A stretch of 64,000 bases of DNA from assembly GCA_040218735.1 (NCBI GenBank), contig JAVJQW010000022.1, positions 1 to 64,000 on the forward strand, written 5' to 3'. Origin of the DNA: Deltaproteobacteria bacterium (GTDB lineage Bacteria; Myxococcota; Kuafuiibacteriia; Kuafuiibacteriales; Kuafuiibacteriaceae). Below are positions 50,641-60,292 of the stretch, piece after piece. The translations under genes were made by a program, and so were the position numbers. Positions within the stretch are counted from its first letter, which is position 1; each line of letters starts with the position of its first letter. The notes under the pieces were generated by a model. That model was not told the DNA's origin. It searched no databases and worked only from the letters and a program-made list of their open reading frames with translations.

Positions 50641-51365
50641 TGAACGCTCGCGCGCAGGCCGCACGCACCGCGTGGCTGTCGTACTGGAACGCGATGCGGC
50701 GGTATCACCGCTACCGCGTCGACGGGCTGGAGCACCTCGCGGCGCGCCCGGCGCTGATCGTCGGGTACCACGGGCGGCCGATCGCCCGCGACCTGTGCAT
50801 GCTGCAGGCGCTGCTCGCGTCCGAGCACGGGCGCTTCCCGCGCGCGATCATGCACGAGGCGGCGGCGTCGATCCCGGTGGCGCGAGACCTCGTGACCGGG
50901 ATGGAGTTTCTGACCGGCGTCGGTGACGCGTTGGACGCCGCGGTCGCGAACGCGGACCACATCATCGTCACGCCGGGCGGGACGCGGGAGGGGTGCCGGA
51001 GCCATCGGCACAAGTACCGCGTGGATTGGGGATCGCGGCGGGGGTACGTGCGGCTGGCGCTGAAGCACCGGCTGCCGATCATCCCCGCGGCGGGGCACGG
51101 CGTGGACGACACGTACGTCGGCCTCAACGATGGTTACCGAACCGGGAAGCGCCTGCGAGCGCCGGGGCGGATGCCGGTGTGGCTCGGCGTGGGACCGCTG
51201 GGCCTGTGGCCGGTGTCGCCGCCGTGGCCGGTGCGGATCACGACGGTGTTGGGGGCGCCGCTGTCGTTCGACGGCGCGGACGCCGAGGACGCGGGCGCGG
51301 TGGAACGTGTCCACGAGACGGTCGTGCGTGCGGTGCAGTCGCTGCTCGACGCGCGCGACAACTAA
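50640..51365 (+). CDS. PlsC/DAGAT-like acyltransferase
   Basis: GLEHL, IVGYH....D, PGGTREG and GYVRLAL. Confidence 0.8.
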   Translation: MNARAQAARTAWLSYWNAMRRYHRYRVDGLEHLAARPALIVGYHGRPIARDLCMLQALLASEHGRFPRAIMHEAAASIPVARDLVTGMEFLTGVGDALDAAVANADHIIVTPGGTREGCRSHRHKYRVDWGSRRGYVRLALKHRLPIIPAAGHGVDDTYVGLNDGYRTGKRLRAPGRMPVWLGVGPLGLWPVSPPWPVRITTVLGAPLSFDGADAEDAGAVERVHETVVRAVQSLLDARDN

Positions 51366-51380
51366 ACGGAGGGGGAGCTC

Positions 51381-51995
51381 ATGCCGGACAAGAAGGACAA
51401 GAAGAAGACGAAGAGCGAGGGGAAGAGGAAGAAGTCGCGGCGTTCGCCGAAGAAGGAAGCGCCGAAGTCGAAGCGCGGCGCGAAGAAGAAAGCCCCCGAG
51501 CCCGAGGCGCCGAAGGGGCCCGAGACGCCCGCGGGATCGGCCGCGCTCATCTCGGACGTGCAGCTCGAGACCCTGCGGAAGGGCTACGACCGCAACGTCC
51601 TCCAGGCGCTCGCGCTCCGTGCGTTCGAGACGCCGTTCCCGCCGGCGGCCGGCGTGGCGAAGGCGATCATCGCCGGCTTCTACGCGGGCGAAGAAGGCTG
51701 CGGCGGTCTGTCCTTCCGCGACCGCGAGCTCGCGCTGCTCGCGCGCGGCGTGGATCGGCCGGACATGAACTTCGTGACACACGTGTACTTCGCGCTGATG
51801 GAGGGCGTCTCACCCTCCGAGGTGTTGAGCGTGTGTTACCTGACGTCGCTCTACGGCGGCGCGGACCTGTGGACCGGCGCGGCCGGCGTGGTGACGAAGA
51901 CGTTCGAGGCGCTGGCGAAGGCGGCGGATGCCGGCGGGGATTCGGCGACGACGGTCGGGGTGCTGGGGGCGCTGCGCGGGACTAAGGCCAGCTGA
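51381..51995 (+). CDS. Carboxymuconolactone decarboxylase/AhpD-like protein with Lys-rich N-terminal tail
   Basis: GLSFRDRELALL...THVYFALMEGVSPSEV...YGG; GGAG RBS upstream. Confidence 0.6.
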   Translation: MPDKKDKKKTKSEGKRKKSRRSPKKEAPKSKRGAKKKAPEPEAPKGPETPAGSAALISDVQLETLRKGYDRNVLQALALRAFETPFPPAAGVAKAIIAGFYAGEEGCGGLSFRDRELALLARGVDRPDMNFVTHVYFALMEGVSPSEVLSVCYLTSLYGGADLWTGAAGVVTKTFEALAKAADAGGDSATTVGVLGALRGTKAS

Positions 51996-53145
51996 GCGTG
52001 ACGCCGAGCCGCCCGCCACCCTCCTCGAACGCAACGGCCGGTGCGATGCCCGGCGTGGGTTCGTCGAGGAGGTAGAGCACAAGACCCGTAACGGCGCCGG
52101 CCGCCGCGACCGAGAGCATCGAGGCCGCGACGACGCGGGCCCGTCCCTGCCGCCGCTTGTCGGACTGGTACGCGCGGATCTCGTCGGCGGTCAGGGCCAT
52201 CTCTTCGTCGAAGAGCTTCGTCGCCGTCTCGTCCGCGTCCGCCCCGGCGTCCACGCCGATCAGCGCGACGACGCCCCCCGCGACCGCGAGGGCACCCGCC
52301 CCACCGAGCATCCACAGCGCCACGTGCCGCTGCGTCGTCGCTTCGAGATTTGCGTCGACGTGCAGCGTCCCACCGCGCGTGACGTCGAGTCGGCGGGCAA
52401 ACGGACGTCGTCCGGCTTCGACGACCTCGACCCGGTGAGGCCCCTCAGCGAGCTCCAGAGGTCGGCCGAGCGGCGCTTCACCCTGCGGCGTTCCGTCCAC
52501 GAACACGTCGGCGCCGTCGGGTGCGGCGACCGTCACGACACCGGGCCTCGGTCGAAGCTCGACGTCGACGACCGCGATCGTCCCCTCGGCGGCGGTGCGC
52601 GTGAGCTCCGCGGGGAAGTAGCCATCCGCCGTCACACGGATCGCGTGACGGCCCGGGGCGACCTCTTCGATCAACGGCGCAGAGGTCGCGGGATGATCGT
52701 CGAGCGCGACCTGCGCAGCACCCACGTCGACTTGCACCATCAGGCGTGTCGGTCTCTTCGACGACGCCGACCTCGTCGACGTCGAGGACAGGCGAAGGCG
52801 CTCGATCATCGGTGTGATCGTCGCGAGGTGTTCGACGGCGTGTTTGCGGCGACCGCCGGTCGGCGCCTCGGCGAGGTACCGACGATAGAGCTCCTCCGCC
52901 CGTACGAGATCGGCACCGTCGAGATCGGCGAAGTAGCGAAGCCGATGGGCCTGCGCGAGCGAGAACACCACGGCGGGGTTGGGTAGTGCAGCCTGCGCCT
53001 GTTCGAACGCGGCGATCGCGGCGCCGTACTTCGTCTGCGCGAACGCGCGCTCGCCGGCGTCGAAGTATCGACGGGCCTCTGCGCGGCGCGAGACGTCCGC
53101 GCCCGCCTGGGCGACGAGCAACGTGCTGAGGACGATGGCGATCAT
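51982..53145 (-). CDS. TPR plus PEGA domain protein
   Basis: Signal peptide, N-terminal TPR (A..YF..GE.AF...Y.AA...F) and two PEGA repeats (PGRHAIRV, GADVFVDG). Confidence 0.85.
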   Translation of the reverse strand: MIAIVLSTLLVAQAGADVSRRAEARRYFDAGERAFAQTKYGAAIAAFEQAQAALPNPAVVFSLAQAHRLRYFADLDGADLVRAEELYRRYLAEAPTGGRRKHAVEHLATITPMIERLRLSSTSTRSASSKRPTRLMVQVDVGAAQVALDDHPATSAPLIEEVAPGRHAIRVTADGYFPAELTRTAAEGTIAVVDVELRPRPGVVTVAAPDGADVFVDGTPQGEAPLGRPLELAEGPHRVEVVEAGRRPFARRLDVTRGGTLHVDANLEATTQRHVALWMLGGAGALAVAGGVVALIGVDAGADADETATKLFDEEMALTADEIRAYQSDKRRQGRARVVAASMLSVAAAGAVTGLVLYLLDEPTPGIAPAVAFEEGGGRLGVTLSWP

Positions 53146-55595
53146 CGCTGCCGCCTCGAGCGCCCGAGGAGCGTATAGAGCTTCGCGTCGTCGGACACGA
53201 TGACGTCCTGAAGGCCGTCCCCGTTGACGTCGGCCACGGCCAGACGCGCTCGCGACGACAAGACTCGCTCCAGCACGGGACTCGCCCGTGGGCGAAAGCC
53301 GCCCTCGATCGAGATGTCGCCGACGCGCACACCGGCGTCGTTCAGCACCAACAGCTCGAGGTCACGGTCCGCATCGACGTCGATCGCCACCATGTCGAGG
53401 ACCGTCTCCGCTCCCTCAGCGATCGGCGTGACGAAGCTGAACTGCGGCGCATCGAACATGTCGCCGACCGCACCCGAGAGGTCCCAACCGATCGCGCTCG
53501 GCGAGTCGGCTGCACCGTCGCCCACGGTGAGGAGATCGGTGCGTTCGTTCCGATTGAGATCGGCCGTCGACAAGCGCCGGCCGATCAGGTCCGAAGGGCC
53601 GGGTCGACACACGTAGTCGCCTTCGCGTTCGAACAGTACGAAGGCTCGATCGCCGCAGCGATCGACGAGGAACGCGGCCTCGCGGGTCTGCCCCGGCAAA
53701 CGGATGCTCTGACCCGACAGACAGATCGGCTCGATCGGCGCGGTGTTGCACAACACGCCAAAGTCGATCGGAGACATGTCGCGCTGCTCGAACAGCGCGT
53801 CGCCCGAACCGCGAATCAACCATGCGTCGCGCTCGCGAAGGAGGAGGAAATGAACGGGCGGATTCGGCCCCGAGTCGACTTGCTCGGCCTGCAGCGCGAA
53901 GACGGCGAACGAGGAGCCGTCGGGGTTCGGTGGTGTCACGAGCGACGACATGCGCCGTATCCGGGCGCCGCTGAGGAATGTGTTGCTTCGAAGACCTGTG
54001 CCGTCGGCCTCCGCCGCCGTCCCTACCAACAGATCGCTGATGCCCTCCGGCTCGTGAGAAGTCTGGATGTTGTACCGCTCGAGCGTCTGGATGAAATCGA
54101 GGCGCCCCATCTGAATGGGGGCGGTCGGCACACCGAGGCCCGTCCCGTAGGAAACCGCGATCGTCGTACCCGCGCCGGGGTCGTTCTCGAGCTCGTCCTG
54201 GACGAACGCGACATCGTCGACGAGGTCCCCATCGTAGTCACCAACGGTGAGTGCGCGCACCCGCGCCGAGGCCACGAGGTCTCCGTAGTTGAAGCGCCCC
54301 TCGCGTGTGTTGAGTAGGATGCGCACACGCCCCACCGAAGCGGTCGCCGCGACGTCGAGGAAACGATCGCCATTGAAGTCGCCGAACCGCGCTTCGCGCC
54401 AGGTCGGAAACGCAGCGTAGGTCCGAACCGTGGCATCGCCGCGACGCAGGTGGACGCCGTCGGGCGTGAGAAAATCGACGAGACCGTCGCCGTCGAGATC
54501 GCCGACGTCCAGCGGCCAGCGTTCGAGGAAGTCGGCACGTTCGGCGTCTCGAAACACGGGCGAGCCGCGGTAGGCGACCATGGCGCCCTCCGCGCCGTTC
54601 ACCAGCAGATCGGTCCCGCCCTGACCGTCGACGTCCGCCACGAACATCCCCGGGGCGCTCGGCCCGGGCAAGACGATCGTCGCGACCCGAGTGATCGTGA
54701 GCGACGCGAAGTCGAAACAGCTCGTCGGGCACTCCAACTGGTAGACGTAGACACGGTCGTCGCCGTGAACGTTGACGAACGCCTCGCCTCGCGTCGACGT
54801 GACGACGGTGCGCTGCGTGACATCCAGGGCTGCGGGGAACTCGATCGACCGCCCAGGATCGTTGCAGACGGAGCGATCGAACGGGTCCGTTCCGAAGATC
54901 AGACACACGCGGTTCGAGACGACGTCGGTCCCGAGCGCATAGCTGCCGCGCTCGGGAATGTCTGCGGCGTGGAAACGGAACTCTTCCGGGAGGCGAGTCA
55001 GCTGAGGGTACGGGATGGTCTCGGGTAGGCGGCTGGGCGAACCGCGGAGCACGAGCAGGCCGTTGCCGAGCGGCACCGCGACGTCGGTGATGTCGTCGTC
55101 GTCGACGTCGACCACCGCGATCTGTAGGTCGGGACGAACGTCGAACGGGATGTCGAAGCTGCTGTCCGAGAGGCCGGACTCCCCGGAGAAGCGATAGCTG
55201 AGACCGATGGACGTGAGCGCCAACAGGTCGTCGCGCCCGTCCCCGTCGAGATCACCGACTGCGAGTGACCGCGCGGGCGCGCCCAACGCGGTGGTCGGCA
55301 CTTCGCGATATTCACCCGAGGCGAACAAACAGATCCCGTCCGTCCCGCATCGCCACCCGACCGGGCAGGCCGGGACGTCGGAGCTGGCACGACAGACGTA
55401 CCGGCACCGGCGGATCGGGTCGTCCGGCGCACCACACTCGAGGTTCGGTCCGAGGCTCTCGTCCTCGGCGACGTCGCAGTCTTCGTCGTTCGTGGGTTCG
55501 ACGAGACCGTTGCCACACACGTCGAACTCGATGTCGGGCAGAAGAAAGCACCCCGGCAGGACGAGCAGGGCGACGATGACGGTTCTCGTCCTCAT
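53142..55595 (-). CDS. FG-GAP/VCBS repeat lipoprotein with Myxococcus-type Cys-rich N-terminus
   Basis: LPGC lipobox, CGNGLVE...EDCD and repeated GDLDGDG/GDFNGD/ADVNGDG. Confidence 0.85.
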   Translation of the reverse strand: MRTRTVIVALLVLPGCFLLPDIEFDVCGNGLVEPTNDEDCDVAEDESLGPNLECGAPDDPIRRCRYVCRASSDVPACPVGWRCGTDGICLFASGEYREVPTTALGAPARSLAVGDLDGDGRDDLLALTSIGLSYRFSGESGLSDSSFDIPFDVRPDLQIAVVDVDDDDITDVAVPLGNGLLVLRGSPSRLPETIPYPQLTRLPEEFRFHAADIPERGSYALGTDVVSNRVCLIFGTDPFDRSVCNDPGRSIEFPAALDVTQRTVVTSTRGEAFVNVHGDDRVYVYQLECPTSCFDFASLTITRVATIVLPGPSAPGMFVADVDGQGGTDLLVNGAEGAMVAYRGSPVFRDAERADFLERWPLDVGDLDGDGLVDFLTPDGVHLRRGDATVRTYAAFPTWREARFGDFNGDRFLDVAATASVGRVRILLNTREGRFNYGDLVASARVRALTVGDYDGDLVDDVAFVQDELENDPGAGTTIAVSYGTGLGVPTAPIQMGRLDFIQTLERYNIQTSHEPEGISDLLVGTAAEADGTGLRSNTFLSGARIRRMSSLVTPPNPDGSSFAVFALQAEQVDSGPNPPVHFLLLRERDAWLIRGSGDALFEQRDMSPIDFGVLCNTAPIEPICLSGQSIRLPGQTREAAFLVDRCGDRAFVLFEREGDYVCRPGPSDLIGRRLSTADLNRNERTDLLTVGDGAADSPSAIGWDLSGAVGDMFDAPQFSFVTPIAEGAETVLDMVAIDVDADRDLELLVLNDAGVRVGDISIEGGFRPRASPVLERVLSSRARLAVADVNGDGLQDVIVSDDAKLYTLLGRSRRQR

Positions 55596-56479
55596 CACGG
55601 ACCGCTCGTGGCCCGGGAAGTCTCGCCCTTCGGGCTCTCGGTTCGCGGCATCGCGAACGTGAGGCAGTAGAAGAACCTCGCGATCTGCTCGTCCCGCACA
55701 TCCACCGCGTCGCGCGGGACCATGGTCTTCGGGTCGCGCTGCGCGAAGTCGTAGAAGGTGACGAGCCTGTACATCGCGCGGTGGTAGAGCGTGTGGCGTT
55801 CGTCGGGCGCGAGGCGTTCGTCGACGACGACGATCGGCGTGCCCGGCTTCGCGACGCGCGCCATCTCGGCGAGCGCGAGGTCCGGGTCGCGGTAGTTGTT
55901 CGTCGCGCCGATGTGGAAGACACGGTCGAAGAATCCGTCGCGGAACGGGAGCGCGTGGGCGTCCGCCAACACCAGCCGCGGCTGCTTGCGGTGCGCCTTC
56001 TTCACGCGACGCACACACCCGCGCAGCATCATTTGTGCGAGGTCGACACCCCACAGCTCGACGTCGAGGCCCGACGGCAGCGCGTCGTAGATCCGCGGGA
56101 CGTTCGCGCCCGTGCCCATCCCCACTTCGAGGATGCGCACCGGCCCGCCGTCGGGCGGCGCGCGCAGCGAAGACAGCGCGAGACGCTCGAAGTAGCGGTG
56201 GCGCATCACACGCTCCGTACCCGAGCCCATCAACGGCAGCAGCACCGAGACCGCCGGGTCGTGCAGCGGCGCGAAGTTGTCGTAGATCAGCCGCATCAAC
56301 CGATCGTTCCCGCGCACCGCGCCCGGCTCGAACAACCGTGGCAAGTTGTCTTGCACCGGCCACGCCCGCACGCAGGTCTGACAGACCAGCGCGTCGCCGA
56401 CCCGCTCCATCGCCGCGCGACAGCACGGGCTCGCGAGGTTCGCGACGTCCGCCGCCGACAGCGCTTCGAAGCCGGTCAC
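55595..56479 (-). CDS. Class I SAM-dependent methyltransferase with Trm112-like N-terminus
   Basis: LASPCC...LVCQTC...WPVQDNLPRL; ILEVGMGTG; ADAHALPF; EMARVAKPG. Confidence 0.85.
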   Translation of the reverse strand: MTGFEALSAADVANLASPCCRAAMERVGDALVCQTCVRAWPVQDNLPRLFEPGAVRGNDRLMRLIYDNFAPLHDPAVSVLLPLMGSGTERVMRHRYFERLALSSLRAPPDGGPVRILEVGMGTGANVPRIYDALPSGLDVELWGVDLAQMMLRGCVRRVKKAHRKQPRLVLADAHALPFRDGFFDRVFHIGATNNYRDPDLALAEMARVAKPGTPIVVVDERLAPDERHTLYHRAMYRLVTFYDFAQRDPKTMVPRDAVDVRDEQIARFFYCLTFAMPRTESPKGETSRATSGP

Positions 56480-59400
56480 AGCGCCACCTTGCGCGACTCC
56501 AGCGCCGCACGCGCCTGCGAGAGCGCCCGTGCGGCGCCCATCTTCTCGTAGGTCTCCACCGCGAGGTTCAGGTGGCGATCTCGGTCGGGCCCCTCCTGGT
56601 GACGCCCCAGCTCGTAGGCCGCCCGCGCGATCGCGTGGTGCATCTGGTGTTTCTGCGCGAGCGCCAAACCCTTCGACCACTCCGACAGCGCCGCCGCCGA
56701 CTTCTCCTGCCGCCACTTCAACCCGCCGCGGGCGAGGTGCGCGTACGGCCGAGCGAAGCGAACCATCTTCGCGTAGGTGTCGAAGATCTTCACGAGGTCC
56801 TCCAGCTGCGTGAGGATCGCCTTGGTCTCCACACCGCTCGCGTCGGCGCGCGCCTCCAACAGGTCGAGGTAGACCTGCGACAACGCCCACAGCCCCGGCG
56901 TCACGAAGAACGGGAACGGCGGGCTCTCGCGCATCAACATCACCGCGCGGTCCGCGTGCGTGCGCGCGCGGTCGTCATCGCCCGCCACCAACGAAACCAA
57001 CGCCACGATCCCGTGCGCCCACGCCGCCTCCGCCTGCTCGCGCGGCCCCTTCGTCCACTCGTCGAGCTCGGGGAGGATCGCCTTCGCCTCCGGCACGCGG
57101 CCGGTGCGCAGATAACCCTCCGCGAGGCAGCACTGAATCCACCCCGTGACCTGCTCGTCACCGCGCGCCTTCGTCATCACGATGCTCTGCGACAACGTGG
57201 CGAGCTGCTCCTCGTACCGCCCCTGCACGCCGAGGCCGATCGCGTGGGTGATGTGCACCTCGGTGATCGAACGTTGGTCGCCGGTCGCGTGGGCGATCTC
57301 GAGCGCCTTCGCCGCTGTCGCGTCGGAGCGCTCGAAGTCGCCGACGGTGATGTAATACGCACCCACGCGCGCGAGCGCGTAGCAGAGCGTCGGTTCGTTC
57401 CCGAGCTCCTCCGCGAGCGCCACCGAACGCTCCGCCCACTTGCGCGCGATGCCCTGGAACGGGCTCACGCCCGCGACGTTCGCGAGCATCGCGTACCCGC
57501 GCACCAACGCCGGCGTAAGCGGGATGCGCGACGCGAGGTTCACGTTGCGGAAGTTCGTGAACACCGCGAGGAACGGTTGGTTGTCACGGAACGTCGGCTC
57601 GACGAGGCGGTTGTACATGTACGCCGCCTCCGCGAGGCGCGTCCGCTTCGTGCCCGGGCCGACCCGGAAGAGGAACGGCAGCCACGCCTGGAACGTGTAC
57701 TTCACGACCTCGCGGAACATCGCAAACGCCTGCGCGCCCGACGTGCTCGGCAAGCGGTCCTGCCCCACGAGGACCAGCGCGTCCTCGACGTGCTCACGCC
57801 CTTCGCTGTCGCGTCCACGATCGAAGTGTGCGTCCGCGAGCCCGCGTGACCAGCGGCTCCTCCGCAGCGGACCGACGTCGACTTGCTCGCGTTTCCGGAT
57901 TTCCTCGAGTGTCGTGAACGTGCGGATCGCCTGCTCCGTGGAGAAGTCGCGCAGCGCACCTTCGGCCGCGCGCTCCAGGGCGTCGATCGCCTTCGACCAC
58001 ACCTCCGCCTCGGACCAGAACTGCGCGAGCATCCCGAGGTCGACGTCGCCCTCCCCGCTCGACGCGCGCGCCTCGAGCGCGACCGCCGCGCGGTGGGAGA
58101 GCTCGAGCCTCCGCTCGCGCTTCAGGTCGTCGTAGGCCGACTCTCGGAGTTTGTCGTGGACGAAGCGCAGGTCGCCGCCGTCCACGTCGAGCACCTGCCG
58201 CACGACGAGCTCCTTGATGGCGTCGCCGGTCTCTTCGTCGGTGGTCTCGTCCTCCGCGAGCACCGCCTGGAGCAGCTCGCGGTCGAACTCCCGCCCGAGC
58301 ACGGACGCCGCCTCCAGCGTGGTGCGCGCCGCGGGTGAGAGACCTCGCAGCCGCTGGGCCACGAGCTCCAGCAGCGACGCCGGGAGCCCGAGCTCCGCGT
58401 ACGCGCCCGGGGTGTCCTGTTCGACGCCGAGGTGCCAACGCCCCCCGCGCCGCTCGAGCACACCCTCCGCCACCGCGAGCCGCAGGTACTCCGCGACGAA
58501 GAACGGGTTGCCCTCGGAGTGTTTCGCGAGGAAGCGCACGAACTCGTCCGGCGGCTTCGCGAGCGCGAGCATGTCGCCGACGACACGTTTGACGCTCCCC
58601 TCGTCGAGGCGTCCGAGCATCAGCGCATCGACGCGATCGAGCACCGGCTTCAGCGAGTCGGTGATCTCGTCGCTGCGGTACGTCCCGATGATCGCGACCG
58701 GTAGCGTCTTCACCTTCCCGCTCGCGAGGTAGTCGAGGAACGCGAGCGTGAGATCGTCGGCCCACTGCAGGTCGTCGATCATCAAGACGATCGGACCGTC
58801 CTCGGCGATCAGCGCGGCGAGCGTCTCGTAGAGTGCCTCCATCAGGCGAAGGCGCGCGCTCTCCCCCGGCAGCTCCGGCACCGACGTGCCCGACACCCCC
58901 GGCACCGTCAGCAGCGTCGGCTCGTAGAGCGCGAGCAGCGCCGCCCGCGACTTCACGAGCAGTCGATCCGCGACCTCGTCGTCCGCGGTACGCGCGCGAT
59001 CCGCGACGCGCTGGAGCAGCGGTTTGATCGGGTGCAGCGGCGCCCCCTGCACGTCGACCCGCGTGTGCCCGCCGACGGTCAGCGGCAGGCACTCGCCGAT
59101 GACCACCTCCAACCGCTGCGCGGTCGCGTAGTGCGCGGCCTCCGAAGCGAGGAATGTCTTGCCGACGCCGCTCTCGCCGCCGATGAAGATCATCCCGCCC
59201 TCGCCGTCGCGGGCGCGTTTGATGACGTCCTCGAGCACGAGGAGATCGTCGCCCCGCCCCGCCATCTCGGCGCGGTACAGGTACGCCGGGGTCTCGATGC
59301 CCGGGAGCTCGTCCTGCTCGGCGCCGAGGAGCTCGAGGAGCCGCGCGACGTCGTCGGCGTGGCCGATGCGGTCGCGCGGGCGCTTCGCGAGCAACCCCAT

Positions 59401-60252
59401 GATCAGCTCGTCGACGCCCTTCGGGCAGCCCTCGACCAGCTCGGACGGCGCCGGCGGCGTGTCGTTGAGAACACGCCGCATCCAGTCGTTCACCGACTCG
59501 CAGCGGAACGGGAGGCGCCCCGTGATCGTCTCGAAGAGCACCGTCCCGAGCGAGTACAGATCCGCGCGTGCGTCGACGTGCATCCCGCGCGCCTGCTCGG
59601 GCGCCATGTACCGCAACGTCCCGACGAGCTTGCCCGCCTGCTCCAGCTTCTCGCGGCCGACCGCACCCCGGAACCGCGACGCGATCCCGAGGTCGGTGAG
59701 CACCGGGCGCGTGTCGACGAGGAAGATGTTCGCGGGTTTGAGGTCGCGGTGAACGAAGCCGTGACCGTGGAGCACGGAGAGCGAAGTGCACAGCCGGCGC
59801 GCGAGGGAGAGGACTTCTTTGAGTCGCCCCTTCGCGGCCTTCGGACGCGAGAACGTCGCGACCTCGCCGGGGCGCGCCTGCGCGGTCGCGTCGAAGTCGA
59901 ACGCGGAGTCGTCGCGCACCGCCGTCGGGTCGGTGGAGCCGGGGTTCCACAGCTCCTGGTTGAAGTCGTCCCAGGTCTGCCCTTCGAGCAGCTCCATCGC
60001 GTACCACGGGAGCCCGCCCTCGGAGCCGTGGCCGATGATGCGCACGATGCCGGGGTGCTCGATGCGCGCGAGCGCCGCGATCTCCGCGCGGACGCTGTGC
60101 AGCGCGAAGGACGCGGTCGCCTTCGGGGGCTTGAGCGCGACCTGTTGGCCGGTGTCGGGGTGGCGTCCGCGGTAGACGACGCCCATGCCCCCTTCGCCGA
60201 GCGTCCCTACGACTTCGTAGGGGCCGATGTTCCGCGCGTCGCCGCCAGCCAA
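56476..60252 (-). CDS. Ser/Thr protein kinase - AAA ATPase - TPR-like protein
   Basis: LGEGGMGVV, HRDLKPAN, DLG, GTLRYMAPE, GESGVGKT, DDLQWAD and GNPFF. Confidence 0.93.
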   Translation of the reverse strand: MAGGDARNIGPYEVVGTLGEGGMGVVYRGRHPDTGQQVALKPPKATASFALHSVRAEIAALARIEHPGIVRIIGHGSEGGLPWYAMELLEGQTWDDFNQELWNPGSTDPTAVRDDSAFDFDATAQARPGEVATFSRPKAAKGRLKEVLSLARRLCTSLSVLHGHGFVHRDLKPANIFLVDTRPVLTDLGIASRFRGAVGREKLEQAGKLVGTLRYMAPEQARGMHVDARADLYSLGTVLFETITGRLPFRCESVNDWMRRVLNDTPPAPSELVEGCPKGVDELIMGLLAKRPRDRIGHADDVARLLELLGAEQDELPGIETPAYLYRAEMAGRGDDLLVLEDVIKRARDGEGGMIFIGGESGVGKTFLASEAAHYATAQRLEVVIGECLPLTVGGHTRVDVQGAPLHPIKPLLQRVADRARTADDEVADRLLVKSRAALLALYEPTLLTVPGVSGTSVPELPGESARLRLMEALYETLAALIAEDGPIVLMIDDLQWADDLTLAFLDYLASGKVKTLPVAIIGTYRSDEITDSLKPVLDRVDALMLGRLDEGSVKRVVGDMLALAKPPDEFVRFLAKHSEGNPFFVAEYLRLAVAEGVLERRGGRWHLGVEQDTPGAYAELGLPASLLELVAQRLRGLSPAARTTLEAASVLGREFDRELLQAVLAEDETTDEETGDAIKELVVRQVLDVDGGDLRFVHDKLRESAYDDLKRERRLELSHRAAVALEARASSGEGDVDLGMLAQFWSEAEVWSKAIDALERAAEGALRDFSTEQAIRTFTTLEEIRKREQVDVGPLRRSRWSRGLADAHFDRGRDSEGREHVEDALVLVGQDRLPSTSGAQAFAMFREVVKYTFQAWLPFLFRVGPGTKRTRLAEAAYMYNRLVEPTFRDNQPFLAVFTNFRNVNLASRIPLTPALVRGYAMLANVAGVSPFQGIARKWAERSVALAEELGNEPTLCYALARVGAYYITVGDFERSDATAAKALEIAHATGDQRSITEVHITHAIGLGVQGRYEEQLATLSQSIVMTKARGDEQVTGWIQCCLAEGYLRTGRVPEAKAILPELDEWTKGPREQAEAAWAHGIVALVSLVAGDDDRARTHADRAVMLMRESPPFPFFVTPGLWALSQVYLDLLEARADASGVETKAILTQLEDLVKIFDTYAKMVRFARPYAHLARGGLKWRQEKSAAALSEWSKGLALAQKHQMHHAIARAAYELGRHQEGPDRDRHLNLAVETYEKMGAARALSQARAALESRKVAL

Positions 60253-60292
60253 ACCGCCTGGACCTTACCCGAGCACCTGGAACAGAGCGAGA

